From: an uncultured virus (IMG/VR IMGVR_UViG_3300012665_001205)
Lineage: Duplodnaviria; Heunggongvirae; Uroviricota; Caudoviricetes; Crassvirales
Strand: one strand, 5' to 3'
Length of the DNA stretch: 20,000 nt
Virus record (IMG/VR): IMGVR_UViG_3300012665_001205
The stretch's first letter is position 1; each line of letters starts with the position of its first letter. A model generated the notes under the pieces. That model was not told the origin of the DNA and did not search any database. It was given only the letters and a program-made list of their open reading frames with translations. Shown here piece by piece: positions 18,008 through 20,000 of this stretch. The position numbers were made by a program, and so were the translations under genes.

Positions 18008-18343
18008 TTACTTGTCTTCTAGTTTAATTTTTCCATCCAAGTACATTATAACAAGTTCACTGATCTCTGAGAACTTCTCTGGATCTTCTATAGAGAAAAG
18101 CTGATCAAACATATTTGTCACTGCAAAGAACCAATCTCTAGCAGGGCTATTGTCAACGTAAGAGAATGACTTGCTTGATACTCTTTCGAAGTTAACTTTA
18201 AGATTTTTTAATTTAGTTTCTAGTGCTGGATCATAGACTTTTAGCGTACTTGTTTTAGACAACTGATCTAGCATAAGTTCGTTCAGTGCTTCGAACCTCA
18301 TATAGCAGGTTACTTGGTCTTTTAATTTCTGAGGTACTTCCAT
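18008..18343 (-). CDS. Hypothetical helical protein (111 aa)
   Basis: Last gene of the - strand module; its stop abuts the stop of the 17876-18007 gene. Confidence 0.75.
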   Translation of the reverse strand: MEVPQKLKDQVTCYMRFEALNELMLDQLSKTSTLKVYDPALETKLKNLKVNFERVSSKSFSYVDNSPARDWFFAVTNMFDQLFSIEDPEKFSEISELVIMYLDGKIKLEDK

Positions 18344-18557
18344 TAACTTATAGATTTAAAATAGATTACAACTTGTAAACTTATAGGTGTTTATTCGGTA
18401 AAATTTCGAATTGTTTGTTACCTTTTTACATGAATCCGTAACAAATATTGACAATATTTGGGACAAGATTAGTCGCCAAAACTCACAATATTTGCGACAT
18501 TTGGCACGATATAAATGCATGAATTTTTCCTAATTATGGCAGATTCGCCTTATTTAG
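18344..18557. repeat. Intergenic cluster of overlapping short inverted and direct repeats
   Basis: TTACAA-c-TTGTAA (18366-78); ATTCG-N9-CGAAT (18393-411); TTTGTTAC-N16-GTAACAAA (18414-45); CAAATATTG-a-CAATATTTG (18442-60); GTCGC-N17-GCGAC (18472-98); CTAATTATGGC-N6-GCCTTATTTAG (18530-57, 9/11). Direct repeats AACTTATAG (18345, 18378) and ACAATATTTG[G/C]GACA (18451, 18485). Confidence 0.8.
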
Positions 18558-18747
18558 GTTTTACTATTTCTTTAAGCTGATCCAAAACACTTTGCGCATT
18601 AACTCCCCAGTACATTTCACACTTTCCATCCTTGATAGGAGGATCAATAAAATAGGATTGCCAATACTCATCAGGCTTAGCTGTGAAGCGGTAGCATTTT
18701 TCTCTCTGGGGACAATTTGTCCCTGGGCACATTGTTATGTCAGGCAT
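18550..18747 (-). CDS. Small Cys-containing phage protein (65 aa, MPDITMC....CP....CYR...QSYF...C..YW)
   Basis: Start re-assigned to ATG 18747, overlapping the upstream stop by 8 nt; four Cys suggest metal binding. Confidence 0.75.
   Translation of the reverse strand: MPDITMCPGTNCPQREKCYRFTAKPDEYWQSYFIDPPIKDGKCEMYWGVNAQSVLDQLKEIVKPK
18709..18723. repeat. Perfect 7-1-7 palindrome GGGACAA-T-TTGTCCC within CDS
   Basis: Read directly. Confidence 0.85.
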
Positions 18748-18955
18748 CTTTTCCGTAGTTTTCTTTGTAGTATTCTTCTGCATTCTTTTGACTTTCCCAA
18801 TTAATTGTACCAAGCCAATAAGCTTCTTGAATCTGCTCCTTCTCCATCTCTTTGGCTTGGTCAAAACAACAAAGAAAATCACGAATTTCTTTTGAACTAA
18901 TATTAAAAGCCATCACTTTTGATGATAAATAATCTACTGCTGTTTGTTTTTTCAT
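18740..18955 (-). CDS. Small phage protein of the 'KQTAV...QAKEMEKEQI..AY...AE.YY.E.Y' type (71 aa)
   Basis: Motif recalled as recurrent in freshwater Bacteroidota phages; co-oriented and overlapping with the next gene. Confidence 0.8.
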   Translation of the reverse strand: MKKQTAVDYLSSKVMAFNISSKEIRDFLCCFDQAKEMEKEQIQEAYWLGTINWESQKNAEEYYKENYGKDA

Positions 18956-19082
18956 AATTATATGTAAATGGATCTTTTATTGCACTTTTGTCCGAGTTAT
19001 ACGTCAAAGCATATAAAAACAGATCTTAATGTACGAGATAGTTTACAATTTGATGTGTTTTTGTAAAATATAATTAACATTA
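18956..19082. other. Second AT-rich non-coding block with inverted repeats
   Basis: 127-nt gap between co-oriented genes; TTTACAA-N12-TTGTAAA (19042-67); GATCTT twice (18971, 19022). Confidence 0.5.
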
Positions 19083-19688
19083 TTATTTTTCATTTATAGT
19101 ATAGTAGTAATCAGATGAATCTTCTGCTACCCACCTATCTGAGAATGACTCAACTGAAATCAGCTCCTCATCTACCTTTATCTTGTAATCTGGAAAAGGT
19201 TTAGTTACCCAGTTCATATCCTTCCAGAAGATCCTGTTGTTAGGCATAGCTAGAAGATATCCTTCATCTGAAACCAGTACGTGAGCACACTTGTAGTCTG
19301 AAGGATTTTCTGAGTAAGGGTTATCGAACCAGTCCACTGTGAACATGTAGGTTACCCAAACTCTTGACTTATCTTTTAGGATAACCTCTCCTCTCTTTCC
19401 TATCATGTAGTCGAACTTGCATACGTTTACATTCTCAGAGAAGCAATCCCACAGCTGTTTGAAGTGTGACGGAATGTCACAGGATGGTTTATTTATGAAT
19501 ATCTCACTGATTGGTATTCTACTCCTAAGCATTCCATAGTCAGTCATAACATGGAATGTAAGTATCTTACCGCCTACAGATTGAATACCGAATACCCATA
19601 CGTTATCAAACTCAGAAAAATCTTCTGGGTTTTTTGTAAGATGAGATCTTCTGCATAGAGCTTTGAATGCTGGAATATTTGAATTCAT
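19083..19688 (-). CDS. Uncharacterised phage protein (201 aa)
   Basis: Aromatic-rich globular ORF (NIP.F, QLWDCFS, YMFTVDW, PNNRI.W.D); no function recognised. Confidence 0.8.
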   Translation of the reverse strand: MNSNIPAFKALCRRSHLTKNPEDFSEFDNVWVFGIQSVGGKILTFHVMTDYGMLRSRIPISEIFINKPSCDIPSHFKQLWDCFSENVNVCKFDYMIGKRGEVILKDKSRVWVTYMFTVDWFDNPYSENPSDYKCAHVLVSDEGYLLAMPNNRIFWKDMNWVTKPFPDYKIKVDEELISVESFSDRWVAEDSSDYYYTINEK

Positions 19689-19689
19689 T

Positions 19690-19818
19690 TTATTGGAATA
19701 GATCTTCTCCTTTATAGTCAGGATGATTTTTATGCATACGATCGATGCCTCTAATCCAAAGAATAGAAACTATTGATGAGACTAATACACTAACACCAAT
19801 TACAATTAAGTTTTTCAT
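19690..19818 (-). CDS. Small membrane protein (42 aa; absent from ORF track)
   Basis: MKNLIVIGVSVLVSSIVSILWIRGIDRMHKNHPDYKGEDLFQ*; one TM helix; ATGA overlap upstream and a 1-nt gap to the next gene. Confidence 0.8.
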   Translation of the reverse strand: MKNLIVIGVSVLVSSIVSILWIRGIDRMHKNHPDYKGEDLFQ

Positions 19819-20000
19819 ACATTTTTATTTGAGGTCGCAATTTGCGACTGTTGATTATCAGAAATCTTAAGCAATATTAAATAACCAATTAAGTCATTTA
19901 CTACATCTTCATCGTCTTTCTCTAAGCTTCCGTTTTTAATTCTCTTTAGCTTGTCATCAATTCGAATCAGTAGTCCTTGTTTTGCGGACAACTGACTAAA
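19815..20000 (-). CDS. DUF1599 / nucleotide-modification-associated domain 1-like protein, 5'-truncated (absent from ORF track)
   Basis: Translated by hand: FSQLSAKQGLLIRIDDKLKRIKNGSLEKDDEDVVNDLIGYLILLKISDNQQSQIATSNKNV*. RIDDKL.RI...ED...DLIGY is the family signature. Confidence 0.8.
   Translation of the reverse strand, partial: FSQLSAKQGLLIRIDDKLKRIKNGSLEKDDEDVVNDLIGYLILLKISDNQQSQIATSNKNV
19834..19848. repeat. Perfect 7-1-7 palindrome GTCGCAA-T-TTGCGAC within CDS tail
   Basis: Read directly. Confidence 0.85.

Larger units (their letters stand above)
1..20000. mobile_element. Tailed dsDNA bacteriophage genome segment (podovirus-like virion module plus convergent small-gene module), probable Bacteroidota host
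   Basis: Gene order nozzle-like / GNAT / three increasingly large ejection-type proteins mirrors T7 gp12-gp16 and P22 gp10-gp7-gp20-gp16. Tightly coupled genes (TAATG at 4689-4693, 6341-6345, 16968-16972; ATGA at 17209). No housekeeping genes. TAnnTTTG elements and SD-less A-rich leaders. Confidence 0.93.

Noticed and set aside
18356..18520. 54-codon - strand ORF (MHLYRAKCRKYCEFW...) across the palindrome block
   Set aside because: It uses codons rare in this genome (CGA, CGC, TCG, ACG), is not coupled to neighbours and has no protein-like pattern. It cannot be fully excluded without ribosome profiling.
18344..18557. CRISPR mini-array or tRNA
   Set aside because: Only one 15-nt repeat pair at 34-nt spacing, no constant repeat-spacer period and no cloverleaf or T-loop motif.
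18592..18882. ORF-track extension of the 18550 gene to 18882 and the + strand ORF 18592-18804
   Set aside because: Both overlap better-supported - strand genes; the likely start is ATG 18747.
1..20000. Stop-codon reassignment as in some crAss-like phages
   Set aside because: Long ORFs are intact in code 11, and TAA, TAG and TGA all end genes at sensible junctions.

Overview
The window is a segment of an AT-rich tailed-phage genome, most likely a podovirus-like phage of a Bacteroidota (Flavobacteriia-like) host. The host call rests on TAnnTTTG promoter elements and A-rich leaders without Shine-Dalgarno sites. The + strand (1-18007) carries a late/virion module: a tail nozzle/'stabilization'-type protein that appears split over two genes with a Cys-bounded beta-module gene between them, a GNAT-like gene, two ejection-type proteins, and a 3254-aa giant polyvalent ejection protein. 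That protein contains a HExxH metallopeptidase and several cargo-like domains: ART-like, HhH-GPD glycosylase-like, a possible SAM-lyase-like domain and an uncharacterised domain. A calcineurin-like metallophosphoesterase, a small HNH-like gene and small genes with their own promoter/terminator follow. From 18008 to the end, convergent - strand small genes are interrupted by non-coding blocks. One block is densely packed with short palindromes, and related CAA-N-TTG palindromes recur inside neighbouring genes. All family assignments come from motif recognition by eye; no database search was run.
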